Positions 47,180-57,559 are shown, counted from the stretch's first letter. The stretch is 64,000 nucleotides of DNA from Candidatus Liptonbacteria bacterium (GCA_023244895.1 JAHFLL010000001.1:489802-553801); one strand, 5' to 3'. Program-made: numbers and translations. The notes: a model not told the origin generated them from the sequence alone.

Positions 47180-47950
47180 TTACAAGGTCAACACCCTTGG
47201 GCCAGTCTTAGTTATGGCTATAGTATGTTCGAAATGCGCAGACAGAGAACCGTCCGCGGTGCGCACCGGCCACTCGCCCGGACGAGAACGGAGTTTGTAG
47301 CTTCCTGCTGTAATCATTGGCTCTATCGCCAAAACCATTCCTTCCGCCAATTCCAATCCTGTCCCCGGCCTGCCGAAACAAGGAACCGCCGGTTCCTCGT
47401 GAACAGCGTAACCAACTCCATGTCCTATCAGGTCGCGCACCACCGCGAAACCCGCCTCTTCGGATGTCTTCTGAATAGCATGACTTATGTCCCCTATACG
47501 ATTACCGACCCGCGCGACCGCAATGGCGGCTTCTAGCGCGCGTTTGGCAGTTTTGGTTAAACGTTCCGCTTCTTCGGAAACCTTGCCTATCATCACTGTA
47601 ACCGCCCCGTCCGAGTAGAATCCATCCAAGTTTACGCCCAAATCCAAACCCACAATATCCCCTTCCTGCAAAATAATATTGGGCAAGGGCACGCCGTGCA
47701 CCACCACGTCATTTACGGAAGTACACAAAGATGCCGGAAACTCATCTTCATCGTGGCCGGTATAACCTTTAAAACTAGGCTTCCCGCCAGAACGCAAAAT
47801 TTCCTGCTCCGCTATTTTATCCAGTTCCGCCGTAGAAACACCCGCCCGGGCTTCTTTTACCGCTAAAGCCAAAGCGCGCGCTAAAATATTACCGGAAGCG
47901 GCAATCTTTTCCACGTCTTCCCTGGACTTAAGCTTAAACGGTGGCTTCAT
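47180..47950 (-). CDS. map: Methionine aminopeptidase type I
   Basis: CTSVNDVVVHGVP, DLG..DG, GHGVG..HEEP, AIEPMI, SAHFEHT. Confidence 0.97.
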   Translation of the reverse strand: MKPPFKLKSREDVEKIAASGNILARALALAVKEARAGVSTAELDKIAEQEILRSGGKPSFKGYTGHDEDEFPASLCTSVNDVVVHGVPLPNIILQEGDIVGLDLGVNLDGFYSDGAVTVMIGKVSEEAERLTKTAKRALEAAIAVARVGNRIGDISHAIQKTSEEAGFAVVRDLIGHGVGYAVHEEPAVPCFGRPGTGLELAEGMVLAIEPMITAGSYKLRSRPGEWPVRTADGSLSAHFEHTIAITKTGPRVLTL

Positions 47951-48543
47951 AAAACTTTGGATAAATAATCGGCTATACGTTTCTTGACCTCTTGGCGAGA
48001 GCCTAAGCCTGATATCTTCTTATGCTTATATTGAGAGTTGAAAAATTTTACCACCCGTGCGATATCCGTGCGATAGTACTTCATTCTATTTTTCATAGCT
48101 TCCGGGCTGTCATCCGGACGTCTAGTCAATTTACCATTAACCTTCTCTACTCTCAATTTCGCACGCCTAACTATTTCAACAAAGGGAATGAAAAGATAAA
48201 TAAAAAGCGGTTCGGAACGATTAGTTTTTTTAAGCAAGCCAGCCACCAGCTTAGCCTCGCTTATTTTCTTGGGTGTACCATTAAAAAGAATGCCTCGGTT
48301 GGTCGGTATTTTATTCAGTAAAAAATCACGGAATATGCCCCGCACAACCTCAGCCCTAGCGAGAATACCCTTGCCAGAACGATTAGCATAATCATATTTC
48401 TTGATTGAAATCGGCTTGCGTAGCTCGGCGCCCATATCAAGATTAAAAAGCTTGTATTTCTTTATCAAAAAACCAGCCTGGGTGGCTTTGCCCGCGTTCG
48501 GGTCCCCGAGCAGTATTATGTTTATCAGCTTGTTTTTACTCAT
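47947..48543 (-). CDS. Adenylate-kinase-like protein, divergent and very basic copy
   Basis: LLGDPNAGKATQ P-loop, FNGTPKK, RRPDD. Confidence 0.8.
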   Translation of the reverse strand: MSKNKLINIILLGDPNAGKATQAGFLIKKYKLFNLDMGAELRKPISIKKYDYANRSGKGILARAEVVRGIFRDFLLNKIPTNRGILFNGTPKKISEAKLVAGLLKKTNRSEPLFIYLFIPFVEIVRRAKLRVEKVNGKLTRRPDDSPEAMKNRMKYYRTDIARVVKFFNSQYKHKKISGLGSRQEVKKRIADYLSKVL

Positions 48544-49117
48544 GTATATCCAAAACCCTAAAGATCTCCTCGGTTACCTCTTCTATGGAGGGAGTTCCGT
48601 CTATCTCAACAAATTGAGTCTTTGTCTTCATGTAATCCAAAATCGGTAGGGTGGCAGTTTCGTGTTCTTTAAGGCGGGACTCTATAGACTCACGGGTGTC
48701 GTCCGCCCGATGCTCTATTTCCGCACGCAAGAGCAAGCGCTTAATAGATTCCTCTCGAGGCAGGTCAATATATAAGGTCATAAGATTTTTGTACTCCCGA
48801 CCGGCAAGATAATTGAATAAATATTCCGCCTGGCCCATTCGGCGTGGGATGCCGTCAAAAATTATTCCCTGTGCCGAAGGCAATGTTTTAAGCCTGGGTT
48901 CAATCACTTCAATTAATTGCTTGTCGCTGAGGTAATTTCCAGCATCCATAATTTCTCCCGGGGTTAGCCCGTCGGATAACTTAAACTCCTTGGAAGCACG
49001 CAAAATGCCACCCATTTCCCAATAATACATATTTAGTTTTTCAGCCAAAATACGGGCCTGGGTGCCCTTACCACAGCCCTGCGGACCCATAATGAAGATA
49101 ATCTCGGGGGTTTGCAT
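48536..49117 (-). CDS. adk: Adenylate kinase (short-LID type)
   Basis: GPQGCGKGTQ, FDGIPR, RADD; follows secY. Confidence 0.88.
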   Translation of the reverse strand: MQTPEIIFIMGPQGCGKGTQARILAEKLNMYYWEMGGILRASKEFKLSDGLTPGEIMDAGNYLSDKQLIEVIEPRLKTLPSAQGIIFDGIPRRMGQAEYLFNYLAGREYKNLMTLYIDLPREESIKRLLLRAEIEHRADDTRESIESRLKEHETATLPILDYMKTKTQFVEIDGTPSIEEVTEEIFRVLDIHE

Positions 49118-49155
49118 GGAGCTAATAATAACCCGAAACTGGCCCCAAAATAAAG

Positions 49156-50430
49156 CTATTCAATACCCTCGTATTCACGCACCGTGAGCTGAGAACTGAT
49201 CTGGCGCATAGATTCCAAGGCTACAGCAACAACGATTAAAAGCGCTGTGCCGCTTACATTCAAGACGGAAACCTTGGTTATATATTGAACGATGATAGGC
49301 AGAATAGCTATCAATCCCAAGAAGCCAGCACCGAAGAAGGTCACCTTGTTAACGATGGAAGAGAAGAATTTAGATGTGGCCTCGCCGGGTCTAATGCCGG
49401 GCACGAATCCACCGCCCCTTTGCAAATTCTTCGCGATTTCTTCAGGGTTAAAGGTAATGGCGGTGTAGAAATAGGTGAAAGCAAAGACCAGCGCGAAATA
49501 AACTATTCCATACAAAATCTGGTTGGCCATAAATTTAGACACCCAGCCGTTTAGGGTTAAAGCCAAAGCGGGAGAAAAAACAGAAGAGATTTGGGCGATA
49601 AATTGCGGGAAGAGTAAAACGGAGATGGCGAAGATAAGCGGTATCATGCCAGCCTGGTTTACCTTTAAAGGTAAGTAGCTGGAAACTCCGCCGAACATCT
49701 TTATGCCACGCACACGTCTAGCATAAGTCACGGGGATCTTACGCTCGCCTTCATTCAGATAAACCACGCCCGCTATGACCAGCACCAAAACTATCACAAA
49801 TCCGATGTAGGCCGGCAAAAGGGAGGGCTGATAGCCGTTCCAAGCCTGTTGGATACTCCGAGGCAAGCCACTTACGATACCCGCCAAGATAATTAAGGAA
49901 ACACCGTTGCCGATTTTCTGTTCGGAGATAAGCTCACCCAGCCAAAGAGTCAACATTGACCCCGCGGTTACGGCCAAAACGTTTGCGACCAGACCCCAGG
50001 CAGTGTCGGGACGAGTTATCGCGCCTTGCGAAACTAAAATATTTAAGAAACCGTAAGACTGAAGTAGGGCCAAAGGTACCGTTAAAATTCTGGAATACTG
50101 ATTGAACTTCGCCTGCCCGCGCGCGCCATCTTCGTAGTACATCTCCTTGAACTTCGGAAAGATGATGGTGAGAAGCTGCATAATGATGGTGGCGGTAATA
50201 TAAGGACCGACACCGAGCATCGCTAGAGATAAATTGGAAAGACCGCCACCCGAGAAAAGATTTAAGAAACCCAATAGCTGGTTGGATTGGAACAGATCCC
50301 GCAAACGCATAATATCTACCCCGGGAATAGGGATGTTGGCCAGTAGTCTAAAAGCTACTAAAAGACCCAAGACAATTAGCACCTTGCGGCGCAGGTCCGG
50401 TATTTTGAATATTTGGATTAGTTTATTCAT
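49156..50430 (-). CDS. secY: Preprotein translocase SecY
   Basis: LGVGPYITATIIMQLL, IGNGVSL, AGMIPLIFA, PGIRPG. Confidence 0.98.
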   Translation of the reverse strand: MNKLIQIFKIPDLRRKVLIVLGLLVAFRLLANIPIPGVDIMRLRDLFQSNQLLGFLNLFSGGGLSNLSLAMLGVGPYITATIIMQLLTIIFPKFKEMYYEDGARGQAKFNQYSRILTVPLALLQSYGFLNILVSQGAITRPDTAWGLVANVLAVTAGSMLTLWLGELISEQKIGNGVSLIILAGIVSGLPRSIQQAWNGYQPSLLPAYIGFVIVLVLVIAGVVYLNEGERKIPVTYARRVRGIKMFGGVSSYLPLKVNQAGMIPLIFAISVLLFPQFIAQISSVFSPALALTLNGWVSKFMANQILYGIVYFALVFAFTYFYTAITFNPEEIAKNLQRGGGFVPGIRPGEATSKFFSSIVNKVTFFGAGFLGLIAILPIIVQYITKVSVLNVSGTALLIVVAVALESMRQISSQLTVREYEGIE

Positions 50431-50511
50431 ATTGGTTGGAAGATAGAAGCTAGTAGCTAGAAGTTAGTGCCCGGACCATGCTTCATATTACCAAATTCTA
50501 ATTCCTCATCC

Positions 50512-50949
50512 CTAGTTTACAACCTTACCGCCCGCCTTCTCAATCTTAAGCTTAGCGCTCGCGGAAACTTTCAAGCCCTTCAGAGTAATCGGAAAATCTA
50601 TATTGCCATCACCCAGTATCTTGATTGGACCATTAAAGCGCATGGGCACAACCTTGAGGGCGCGCAGGGTTGCTAAGTCTAGTAATACCGACTTATCCCC
50701 CACCTTGCTCTTAAGGGAAGCTAAATTGGATAAATTAATAACGAAGGACTTCTCGGTAGTCGGTTTATTGCGAAAACCACGTTTCTTAGGCAGGCGGATG
50801 ATAAGATCCCGCAAGGCCGGACGAATCTTGTGCCCAGCGCGAGACTTTTGACCCTTAATACCGCGACCGGAGTAAGAACCTCTCTTGCCGCTACGGCCAA
50901 TACGAGGCTTGGGAGATTTAGTTGTTTTTGTAAGGTTGTGGAGTTGCAT
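50512..50949 (-). CDS. rplO: 50S ribosomal protein uL15
   Basis: SGRGIKGQKSRAG, LPKKRGF, KIEKAGG. Confidence 0.96.
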   Translation of the reverse strand: MQLHNLTKTTKSPKPRIGRSGKRGSYSGRGIKGQKSRAGHKIRPALRDLIIRLPKKRGFRNKPTTEKSFVINLSNLASLKSKVGDKSVLLDLATLRALKVVPMRFNGPIKILGDGNIDFPITLKGLKVSASAKLKIEKAGGKVVN

Positions 50950-50957
50950 GTCGGTAT

Positions 50958-51425
50958 TTATTTGGCGGACGGTTTAATCTGGCGCAAGGCTTCCAGCGCA
51001 GCCAAAGCATTGGTTAGCTTATTGGGGGTCCTGCCTAAACATTTCGCGGTGGCATCCTTTATGCCGGCCAAGCTCAAAACGAAACGAACCGCGCCACCCG
51101 CCTTAAGACCATGACCGGAACCAGCTGGCTTAATGACCACCTTGGCAGCACTATACTTAGCATGAACTTCATGAGGAATGGTGCGACCATCTCGCAAGAC
51201 AACCGTAACCATACTTTTCTTGCCCTCCAGCTTGGCCTTGTTGACGGAGCTAGCTACGTCTAAGCCCTTGGCCACACCCACACCCACTCTGCCTTTCTCA
51301 TCGCCAATCACCACGGTGGCACGGAAGCGAAATCTTTTTCCGCCCGCAACCACGCGCGTTACACGGCGTAAGTCCAAAACCTTTTCTTTGAATTCGTCTT
51401 TTTTAGCGTATCTGTCGCGTACCAT
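50958..51425 (-). CDS. rpsE: 30S ribosomal protein uS5
   Basis: RVTRVVAGGKRFRF, AGGAVR. Confidence 0.97.
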   Translation of the reverse strand: MVRDRYAKKDEFKEKVLDLRRVTRVVAGGKRFRFRATVVIGDEKGRVGVGVAKGLDVASSVNKAKLEGKKSMVTVVLRDGRTIPHEVHAKYSAAKVVIKPAGSGHGLKAGGAVRFVLSLAGIKDATAKCLGRTPNKLTNALAALEALRQIKPSAK

Positions 51426-51429
51426 ATTT

Positions 51430-51792
51430 TTACATTTTTATTCCTCCCTTACGTACCGTCTCCGCCAATGCCTTTATCCGACCATGATAAGCATAACCGC
51501 GGCGATCAAAAACAACACTTGAGACCTTGGCGGCTTGCGCCTTTTTAACGATAATTTCTCCCAGCATTACCGCTTGCTCGGTCTTATTTTTCTTTAAAGA
51601 CGCCTTCTCTAGCTCGCGGGAAGTAACGGCAAACAACGTCACGCCCTTCACATCGTCAATCGCCTGGGCGATCATCCCCTTATTGCTGCGAAAAACCGTA
51701 AGGCGGGGACGCTCCGCGCTACCGGATATGCGCGCGCGAGTGCGCCCGATGCGGCGAGTGCGTATTTGATTTAGTTTCTTAGAAGAGTTCAT
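51430..51792 (-). CDS. rplR: 50S ribosomal protein uL18
   Basis: RPRLTVFRSNK, FDRRGYAYHGRI. Confidence 0.97.
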   Translation of the reverse strand: MNSSKKLNQIRTRRIGRTRARISGSAERPRLTVFRSNKGMIAQAIDDVKGVTLFAVTSRELEKASLKKNKTEQAVMLGEIIVKKAQAAKVSSVVFDRRGYAYHGRIKALAETVRKGGIKM

Positions 51793-51810
51793 ATTGATTC
51801 AATTTATTCT

Positions 51811-52356
51811 CTAGCCTCCGGAAGTGGTAGCTTTCTTGCCGGCCTTACGACGGATTACCTCGCCCCGATAATGGATACCCTTGCCCTTATACGGCTCCGG
51901 CTTCTTGAGCTTACGAATCTCCGCGGCAACCTGACCGACTTGTTCCTTATTGTTGCCAGAAATGGAAATGGCATTTTTCTCTACCGTAATGGTTATGCCC
52001 TGAGGGATCGGGAACCTAACCGGATGAACATAGCCCAGAGAGATAACGAGAGCCTGACCTTCCAGCGCCGCCTTATAGCCTACGCCTTCTATCTCTAGAA
52101 CCTTGCCATAACCTTCTGTTACGCCCAAGATGGAGTTTCTGGCCAAAGACCAAACCGTCCCCACATTAGCACGATTCTGCTTTGCGGTCTTCTCGGTGCT
52201 AACGGATATTTCATTGCCATTCACGGCAACGTTTATCCCATATGGGATGTTTACCGTGAGCTCCCCCTTGGGGCCTTTAACACTCAAGACAGAACCATCC
52301 GAAGACACGGTTACGCCGGAAGGAATTATTAGTGGTTTTTTAGCTAATCTAGACAT
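51811..52356 (-). CDS. rplF: 50S ribosomal protein uL6
   Basis: VKGPKGEL, PEPYKGKGI. Confidence 0.98.
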   Translation of the reverse strand: MSRLAKKPLIIPSGVTVSSDGSVLSVKGPKGELTVNIPYGINVAVNGNEISVSTEKTAKQNRANVGTVWSLARNSILGVTEGYGKVLEIEGVGYKAALEGQALVISLGYVHPVRFPIPQGITITVEKNAISISGNNKEQVGQVAAEIRKLKKPEPYKGKGIHYRGEVIRRKAGKKATTSGG

Positions 52357-52359
52357 GGT

Positions 52360-52740
52360 TTACCAAACTTCACACAAATATTCTCCTCCGACCTTATCTT
52401 GCTTTGCCTTCTTGCCGGAAACAACTCCCTGAGGGGTAGAAAGAATAGCGTTGCCATAGCCCTGACGAACCGGTTTAAGAGAGCGATAATCCGAATAGAT
52501 ATGACGGCTAGGCTTGCTTATTATTCTAAAATCGGTCATGCCCGGACGGCCGGCGCGATATTTCAATTTTATCTCTAACAAAGATTTCTTGGCCGAGCCG
52601 CGCTTTTCCGCTTCCTTTATATATCCTGTTTCAACCAAAACCTTCCCGACCGCCAAATCAAAATTAGAAAAAGGCATCTGGAAAGATTCCTGGCGGGCAG
52701 CTTGAGCATTTTTTATTCTGGCCAATAAATCGTAAAACAT
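52360..52740 (-). CDS. rpsH: 30S ribosomal protein uS8
   Basis: MFYDLLARIKNA...ISKPSRHIY...STPQG...VGGE; start corrected to 52740. Confidence 0.96.
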   Translation of the reverse strand: MFYDLLARIKNAQAARQESFQMPFSNFDLAVGKVLVETGYIKEAEKRGSAKKSLLEIKLKYRAGRPGMTDFRIISKPSRHIYSDYRSLKPVRQGYGNAILSTPQGVVSGKKAKQDKVGGEYLCEVW

Positions 52741-52772
52741 TTTTTTGATTAATTCGGATATTTCTTTCGTGA

Positions 52773-52958
52773 TTACCAAGACGACTTTCTTACTCCTGGA
52801 ATTTCGCCTTTGGTAGCCATCTCTCGGAAGCAAATACGGCAAATCCCGAAGGTGCGCATGAAGCCACGCTTGCGTCCGCAACGAAAACAACGCCGGACCT
52901 CTCGGGTGGAAAACTTGGGCTTCTTTTTACTGCGCGCGATTACGGATTGTTTAGCCAT
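52773..52958 (-). CDS. rpsN: 30S ribosomal protein uS14 (Zn type)
   Basis: RCFRCGR...[16 protein letters not shown]. Confidence 0.97.
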   Translation of the reverse strand: MAKQSVIARSKKKPKFSTREVRRCFRCGRKRGFMRTFGICRICFREMATKGEIPGVRKSSW

Positions 52959-52959
52959 A

Positions 52960-53469
52960 TTATTTCTTAAATGGTACCCCGAGTTCCTTATACGACTCCA
53001 GACTCTCTGCGCGCTTATGCTTACGTGGTACCAGGTTCACGCCTAGAGAAAAAGCGAATCCGGATTCCTCCGGGTTTATCTCCGGGAAAACATACTGGTC
53101 CCGAAAACCAATATTAAGCACACCTCCCTTATCTACCGAGTCCTGACTTATACCGCTAAAGTCGCGCACGCGAGGCAGGACTATTGTAAGCAACCTGGTC
53201 AAAAAATCAATCATTTTCTGGCGACGCAAAGTCACCCGCAGACCAACCACCTGTCCCTCGCGAATCTTGAAACCCGCGATGGACTTACGCGCCCGACGAA
53301 TCTGAGGTTTTTGGCCAACGACAACAGATAAATCCCGGATGATCTGGGGCAGAACCTTGTCTTCAAAATTGGGTTGCTGGCTGGCGCGCCCAACACCCGC
53401 GTTTATTATTATTTTTTCAAACGCGTTGCGGGGACTTATAGAAGATTTGTGGGCTGGCTTAGTAGTCAT
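52960..53469 (-). CDS. rplE: 50S ribosomal protein uL5
   Basis: [34 protein letters not shown]; start taken at 53469. Confidence 0.96.
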   Translation of the reverse strand: MTTKPAHKSSISPRNAFEKIIINAGVGRASQQPNFEDKVLPQIIRDLSVVVGQKPQIRRARKSIAGFKIREGQVVGLRVTLRRQKMIDFLTRLLTIVLPRVRDFSGISQDSVDKGGVLNIGFRDQYVFPEINPEESGFAFSLGVNLVPRKHKRAESLESYKELGVPFKK

Positions 53470-53471
53470 AT

Positions 53472-53777
53472 TTATGTGGAGGATTGGCACTTGCGGCAAA
53501 ATCTGACCTTTTGATTGCCCTCTTTGCGCATACCTAAACGCGTCGGCTCCTTACAATTGCTGCAAATCAGAAGAACGTTGGAAGCATTAAGCGGACGAAC
53601 CACGGTCACGGTTTCTCCTTTCTGGCCCTGCTTTTTAGGACGCATTCTCTTTTTATAGGAGTTGATGCCTTCTATTGAAATCCTATTCGCCTCAGAAAGA
53701 ACCTTAAGCACGGTCCCGGTCTTACCCCGATCCTTGCCTGCGATTATTTTTACCTGATCTCCCTTTTTAATACGCAT
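53472..53777 (-). CDS. rplX: 50S ribosomal protein uL24
   Basis: IKKGDQVKIIAGKDRGKTG. Confidence 0.97.
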   Translation of the reverse strand: MRIKKGDQVKIIAGKDRGKTGTVLKVLSEANRISIEGINSYKKRMRPKKQGQKGETVTVVRPLNASNVLLICSNCKEPTRLGMRKEGNQKVRFCRKCQSST

Positions 53778-53779
53778 GA

Positions 53780-54148
53780 TTATACTATTTCTTCCGCCAT
53801 GGTCATCAGTTTTTCGTAACCTTTGGCTTTAAGCTCGCGCGGCATTGGACCGAAAACGCGGGTCGCGACTGGTTCCTTCTTGGCATCCACTAATACCACT
53901 GCGTTCTCGTCAAAACGAATGTAGGAACCATCCTGGCGGCGCAAGGCTTTCTTCTGGCGGACGATAACAGCCTTAACAATATCTTTCTTCTTCACGCTCT
54001 TGCGGGGCTCGGCGGACTGAACGGAGGCAACAATTATATCCCCTACTTGGGCATAGCGGCGACGAGTACCACCCAGAATTCGGAAACAGCGCACCATTTT
54101 CGCGCCACTGTTGTCCGCTGCTTTTAATATCGCTCTTTCTTGTATCAT
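53780..54148 (-). CDS. rplN: 50S ribosomal protein uL14
   Basis: ADNSGAK, IRFDENA, TRVFGP. Confidence 0.98.
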   Translation of the reverse strand: MIQERAILKAADNSGAKMVRCFRILGGTRRRYAQVGDIIVASVQSAEPRKSVKKKDIVKAVIVRQKKALRRQDGSYIRFDENAVVLVDAKKEPVATRVFGPMPRELKAKGYEKLMTMAEEIV

Positions 54149-54149
54149 G

Positions 54150-54410
54150 TTAGTCCTTGATTATTTCCCAGCGCTTATCGCGAGAAAGCGGCCTGGTTTC
54201 ACGGATAGTTACCTCTTCGCCCTTTTTGGTCGCATTCATTTCGTCGTGCACCTTGAATCTCTTGGTTACCTTGTAATAGCGCAAATACTTGGGGTGCTTA
54301 CGCAGTCTAGTAATAGCTACCACGCGGGTTTTATTCATCTTATCCGAAACCACCACTCCCACGAGGGTGCGACGGATAACCTTTTTGTCTGTTGGAGTAA
54401 TTACGGCCAT
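54150..54410 (-). CDS. rpsQ: 30S ribosomal protein uS17
   Basis: GVVVSDKMNKT, HPKY, ETRPLSRDKRW. Confidence 0.97.
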   Translation of the reverse strand: MAVITPTDKKVIRRTLVGVVVSDKMNKTRVVAITRLRKHPKYLRYYKVTKRFKVHDEMNATKKGEEVTIRETRPLSRDKRWEIIKD

Positions 54411-54412
54411 GA

Positions 54413-54616
54413 TTATTTAGATTCTGGTTTTTGATGAATAAAAGTAAGCAAGCGCGCGATGGTTTTGCGCACGTGTCGCAACTCACTCACATTCTTAACC
54501 TTTCCAGCAACCAAGTCAAACCGAAGCGTGCGCAGTTTCTCATGCTGTTCTTTGAGCATCTTCTCCTGCTCTGCCAAAGGCTTGCTCTTCAATTCTTGAA
54601 CTTCTTTGAGTTTCAT
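54413..54616 (-). CDS. rpmC: 50S ribosomal protein uL29
   Basis: LRFDL...VRKTIARLLT; operon position. Confidence 0.95.
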   Translation of the reverse strand: MKLKEVQELKSKPLAEQEKMLKEQHEKLRTLRFDLVAGKVKNVSELRHVRKTIARLLTFIHQKPESK

Positions 54617-54617
54617 A

Positions 54618-55028
54618 TTAGCGGGATATTATTCTGGTTTTAAAAGGCAGCTTGTAACCGGCCAAACGCAAAGCTTCGTGGGCCTTTGCGGCGCTCGGCG
54701 CATCCATCTCAAAAATGACTCTACCGGGTCGAACAATGTAGACATAATATTCTACCGCGCCCTTTCCGCCACCCATGGTGGTCTCGGGCGGACGCTTGGT
54801 AATCGGCTTATCCGGGAAAACTCTTATCCAAAGACGTCCCTCACGCTTCATAAAGTTGGTAATCGTGCGCCGGGCGGATTCAATTTGGCGAGAATTAAGG
54901 CGGGCGGACTCCAGAGCCTTGATACCGTAGTGGCCGTAGCTCAATTCCAAACCACGCGTCTCAATCTGACGATCCTTGTTGCGGCCCTTGTGCCACTTTC
55001 TGTGTTTTACCTTCTTGGGAATAAGCAT
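54618..55028 (-). CDS. rplP: 50S ribosomal protein uL16
   Basis: QIESARR, WIRVFPDKPIT, MGGGKG. Confidence 0.97.
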   Translation of the reverse strand: MLIPKKVKHRKWHKGRNKDRQIETRGLELSYGHYGIKALESARLNSRQIESARRTITNFMKREGRLWIRVFPDKPITKRPPETTMGGGKGAVEYYVYIVRPGRVIFEMDAPSAAKAHEALRLAGYKLPFKTRIISR

Positions 55029-55062
55029 GTTAACTAAATAAAATTAAAATATGGGAACGGAA

Positions 55063-55821
55063 TTATCTGTATCTGTTATTTCTGCGTTCGTTGCGGCTAT
55101 TTTGTTCCTTCTCTTTGTCCGCCTGTTTGTCTTCAAAAACCTCTCCCTTATAAACCCATATCTTGACTCCAATAGTACCGTAAGTAGTAGTCGCGGTCGC
55201 GGTACCGTAGTCAATATTCGCGCGCAAGGTCTGAAGCGGGAGTGGACCCTGCTTCATGCTCTCGGTGCGGGCTATTTCCGCTCCGTCTAACCGGCCGGAA
55301 ACCATAATCTTGGCGCCCTTCACGTCCCGGCTCTGCATCATCTGTTCCAAATACTTTCGGATAGTCCGGCGGAAGGTCATTCTGCGCTCCAGGTCCCATG
55401 CAATTTGTTGAGCGACATAGGCGGCAGAAACATCTGTGCGCTTCAACTCCTCCACATTAACAGACAGAGAAGAGCTGGACTTGGTTTTATATCCCAAGCG
55501 CACGCTTCGCAATGCTTTCTCTATTGCCTTGCTTAGATCCTCTATGCCCTTACCGCCCTGCCCGATTACAAAACCAGGACGGGCCGCGCGGATTAAGACG
55601 CGCAAGTTGTTGGTAGTACGCTCAATCTCTATGGCAGCTATTCCGGCCTGGCCTATTTTTTCACGGATTATATTGCGGATAGCTTCGTCCTCCGCCAGGT
55701 AGCGATGATAGAAATATCTGCCGGTGTGCGAACCCTCCCCTTTCCCGGCGAAAAACCAGCGGGCTGGCCACTTTTTGTTTACCTGCAGACGATACGAAGT
55801 TGGATTAATCTTGTGACCCAT
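55063..55821 (-). CDS. rpsC: 30S ribosomal protein uS3
   Basis: MGHKINP, GRLDGAEIAR, PLQTLRANIDY. Confidence 0.97.
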   Translation of the reverse strand: MGHKINPTSYRLQVNKKWPARWFFAGKGEGSHTGRYFYHRYLAEDEAIRNIIREKIGQAGIAAIEIERTTNNLRVLIRAARPGFVIGQGGKGIEDLSKAIEKALRSVRLGYKTKSSSSLSVNVEELKRTDVSAAYVAQQIAWDLERRMTFRRTIRKYLEQMMQSRDVKGAKIMVSGRLDGAEIARTESMKQGPLPLQTLRANIDYGTATATTTYGTIGVKIWVYKGEVFEDKQADKEKEQNSRNERRNNRYR

Positions 55822-55870
55822 AGTTGTTTAGCTTGCCTATTCTACTTAAAAATTTATTATCCGTAAACCT

Positions 55871-56380
55871 TTAGACCGCCTTACGGTTGAAGTTACGACG
55901 GAAGAAGCCGGGCTTGGACGAAGCCGCCTTTTCCGAACTTTGTTCCGACTCTTTGGCTTCTTTCTTGCGGCGGGACTTGGACTTATCTTCGCTGGACTTC
56001 TTTTTCTTCTGCGCCATTATCTTGAAGCGGGAGTCTTTCTTCTCCGGCATATCCGCCAAGGTTAAAGTGATATGGCTCATCTTTTTCTGAATAGGGCTGG
56101 CCACGCCGCGGGCGCGAGGCAAGTGACGCTTCAACATTGGACCCTGGTCAACCTGAATGGATTCCACTTTTAAAGATTCCGGGTTGAGATGCTTTGTAGT
56201 CTGAGCCGCGCTAACTGCGGAACGCAAAAGCTTCAATATGGGTAAGGTAGCGCGACGACGCATCATTAAAAGTTGCGCTTCGGCTTCGTTTACCGAAAGA
56301 CCGCGGATAAGGTCCGCAATCGCGCGCACCTTGCGGGGCGCCATTCTCAAATATCTCAGTTTTACGGTTTGAGTGGTCAT
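55871..56380 (-). CDS. rplV: 50S ribosomal protein uL22 with Lys-rich C-terminal extension
   Basis: RMAPRKVR, PRARG, SHITL, plus a charged tail of about 55 aa. Confidence 0.96.
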   Translation of the reverse strand: MTTQTVKLRYLRMAPRKVRAIADLIRGLSVNEAEAQLLMMRRRATLPILKLLRSAVSAAQTTKHLNPESLKVESIQVDQGPMLKRHLPRARGVASPIQKKMSHITLTLADMPEKKDSRFKIMAQKKKKSSEDKSKSRRKKEAKESEQSSEKAASSKPGFFRRNFNRKAV

Positions 56381-56386
56381 GTCAGT

Positions 56387-56719
56387 TTATTTCTTGGCTG
56401 CGGGCGCGGCGGCAGCTGCGGGCGCGGCGGCAGCGGCTTGAGATTTTTGCTCCTGCTCCTTTTGCATTTTACCGCCATGTTTTATGAACTTGCGGGTTAA
56501 AGAAAACTCTCCCAAACGATGCCCCACCATGTCCTCCGTCACGCGAACCTCAATAAAGTCTTTGCCGTTATGAACAGCGAAAAGATAGCCAACCATTTCC
56601 GGAGAAATTTCGGAAGCGCGAGACCAAGTCTTGATAGCTCCACCGTCTGGCTTTTGCTTGGAAACTTTTTTGAGAATGTTCGGATCCACGAACGGACCCT
56701 TTTTGGAACTTCTGCTCAT
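56387..56719 (-). CDS. rpsS: 30S ribosomal protein uS19
   Basis: [24 protein letters not shown]. Confidence 0.98.
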   Translation of the reverse strand: MSRSSKKGPFVDPNILKKVSKQKPDGGAIKTWSRASEISPEMVGYLFAVHNGKDFIEVRVTEDMVGHRLGEFSLTRKFIKHGGKMQKEQEQKSQAAAAAPAAAAAPAAKK

Positions 56720-56724
56720 GATTT

Positions 56725-57555
56725 TTAGCGTTTGGGACGACGTTTGGTAATAAACTTACTCGACCGGCGCTTGGGATCACGGGTCCTGTGGCCCCCGGTA
56801 ATCTTGCCCCAAAGCGTTTTGGGCTTGCGGGTACCACGCTGAGTGCGGCCTTCGCCACCACCATATGGATGATCCACCGGATTCATAACCGAACCGCGCA
56901 CGGTCGGGCGAACGCCCAGCCAACGCGAGCGACCGGCTTTTCCAAGATTAACCAGATTGTGCTCCGGATTGGAAACCTGACCAAGCGAAGCATAGCCCTC
57001 GGAAGAAACCCGGCGCAATTCGCCGGAAGACATTTTTATATCAGTGTAACCCTGCGCGTTACCCAAGACTTCCGCGTAGGAACCGGCGGAACGAGCCATC
57101 TGTCCGCCTTTGCCGACGTTCAATTCTATATTGTGAATCTGATAACCGATTGGAATATTTTTGAGTTGCATGCGATTACCGGGCTTGAAAGGCGCGGCAG
57201 GAGCTATTGCCAAAACATCTCCCTGTTTTACGCCGTGCGGAGCCAGGATGTAAGCCCGAGAGCCGTCACTGTAAACAATTTTCGCGATAAAAGCGGTGCG
57301 ATATGGATCGTATTCTAGAGTCTCCACGCGCGCGGACTGGTTAATCTTATTCTGTTTGAAATCAATCACGCGATAACGTCTCTTATTACCACCTCCCTGA
57401 TGACGCATGGTTATACGACCAGCGGAGTTGCGTCCGGCATGCTCTTTTAACTTGCGCAGAAGCGGCTTGTGGGGCTTAACCTTGCTTAACTCACCGTAAT
57501 GAATATTGGTTAAGTGGCGACGGGAAGGAGATGTGGGAGAATAAGACTTAATCAT
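56725..57555 (-). CDS. rplB: 50S ribosomal protein uL2
   Basis: [32 protein letters not shown]. Confidence 0.98.
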   Translation of the reverse strand: MIKSYSPTSPSRRHLTNIHYGELSKVKPHKPLLRKLKEHAGRNSAGRITMRHQGGGNKRRYRVIDFKQNKINQSARVETLEYDPYRTAFIAKIVYSDGSRAYILAPHGVKQGDVLAIAPAAPFKPGNRMQLKNIPIGYQIHNIELNVGKGGQMARSAGSYAEVLGNAQGYTDIKMSSGELRRVSSEGYASLGQVSNPEHNLVNLGKAGRSRWLGVRPTVRGSVMNPVDHPYGGGEGRTQRGTRKPKTLWGKITGGHRTRDPKRRSSKFITKRRPKR

Positions 57556-57559
57556 TTTT

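Noticed and set aside
27264-53499. Long N-terminal extensions in the ORF track for ECF2, rpmG, dnaE, rpsH and rplE
   Set aside because: They arise from upstream alternative start codons; homology begins at the downstream ATGs used above.
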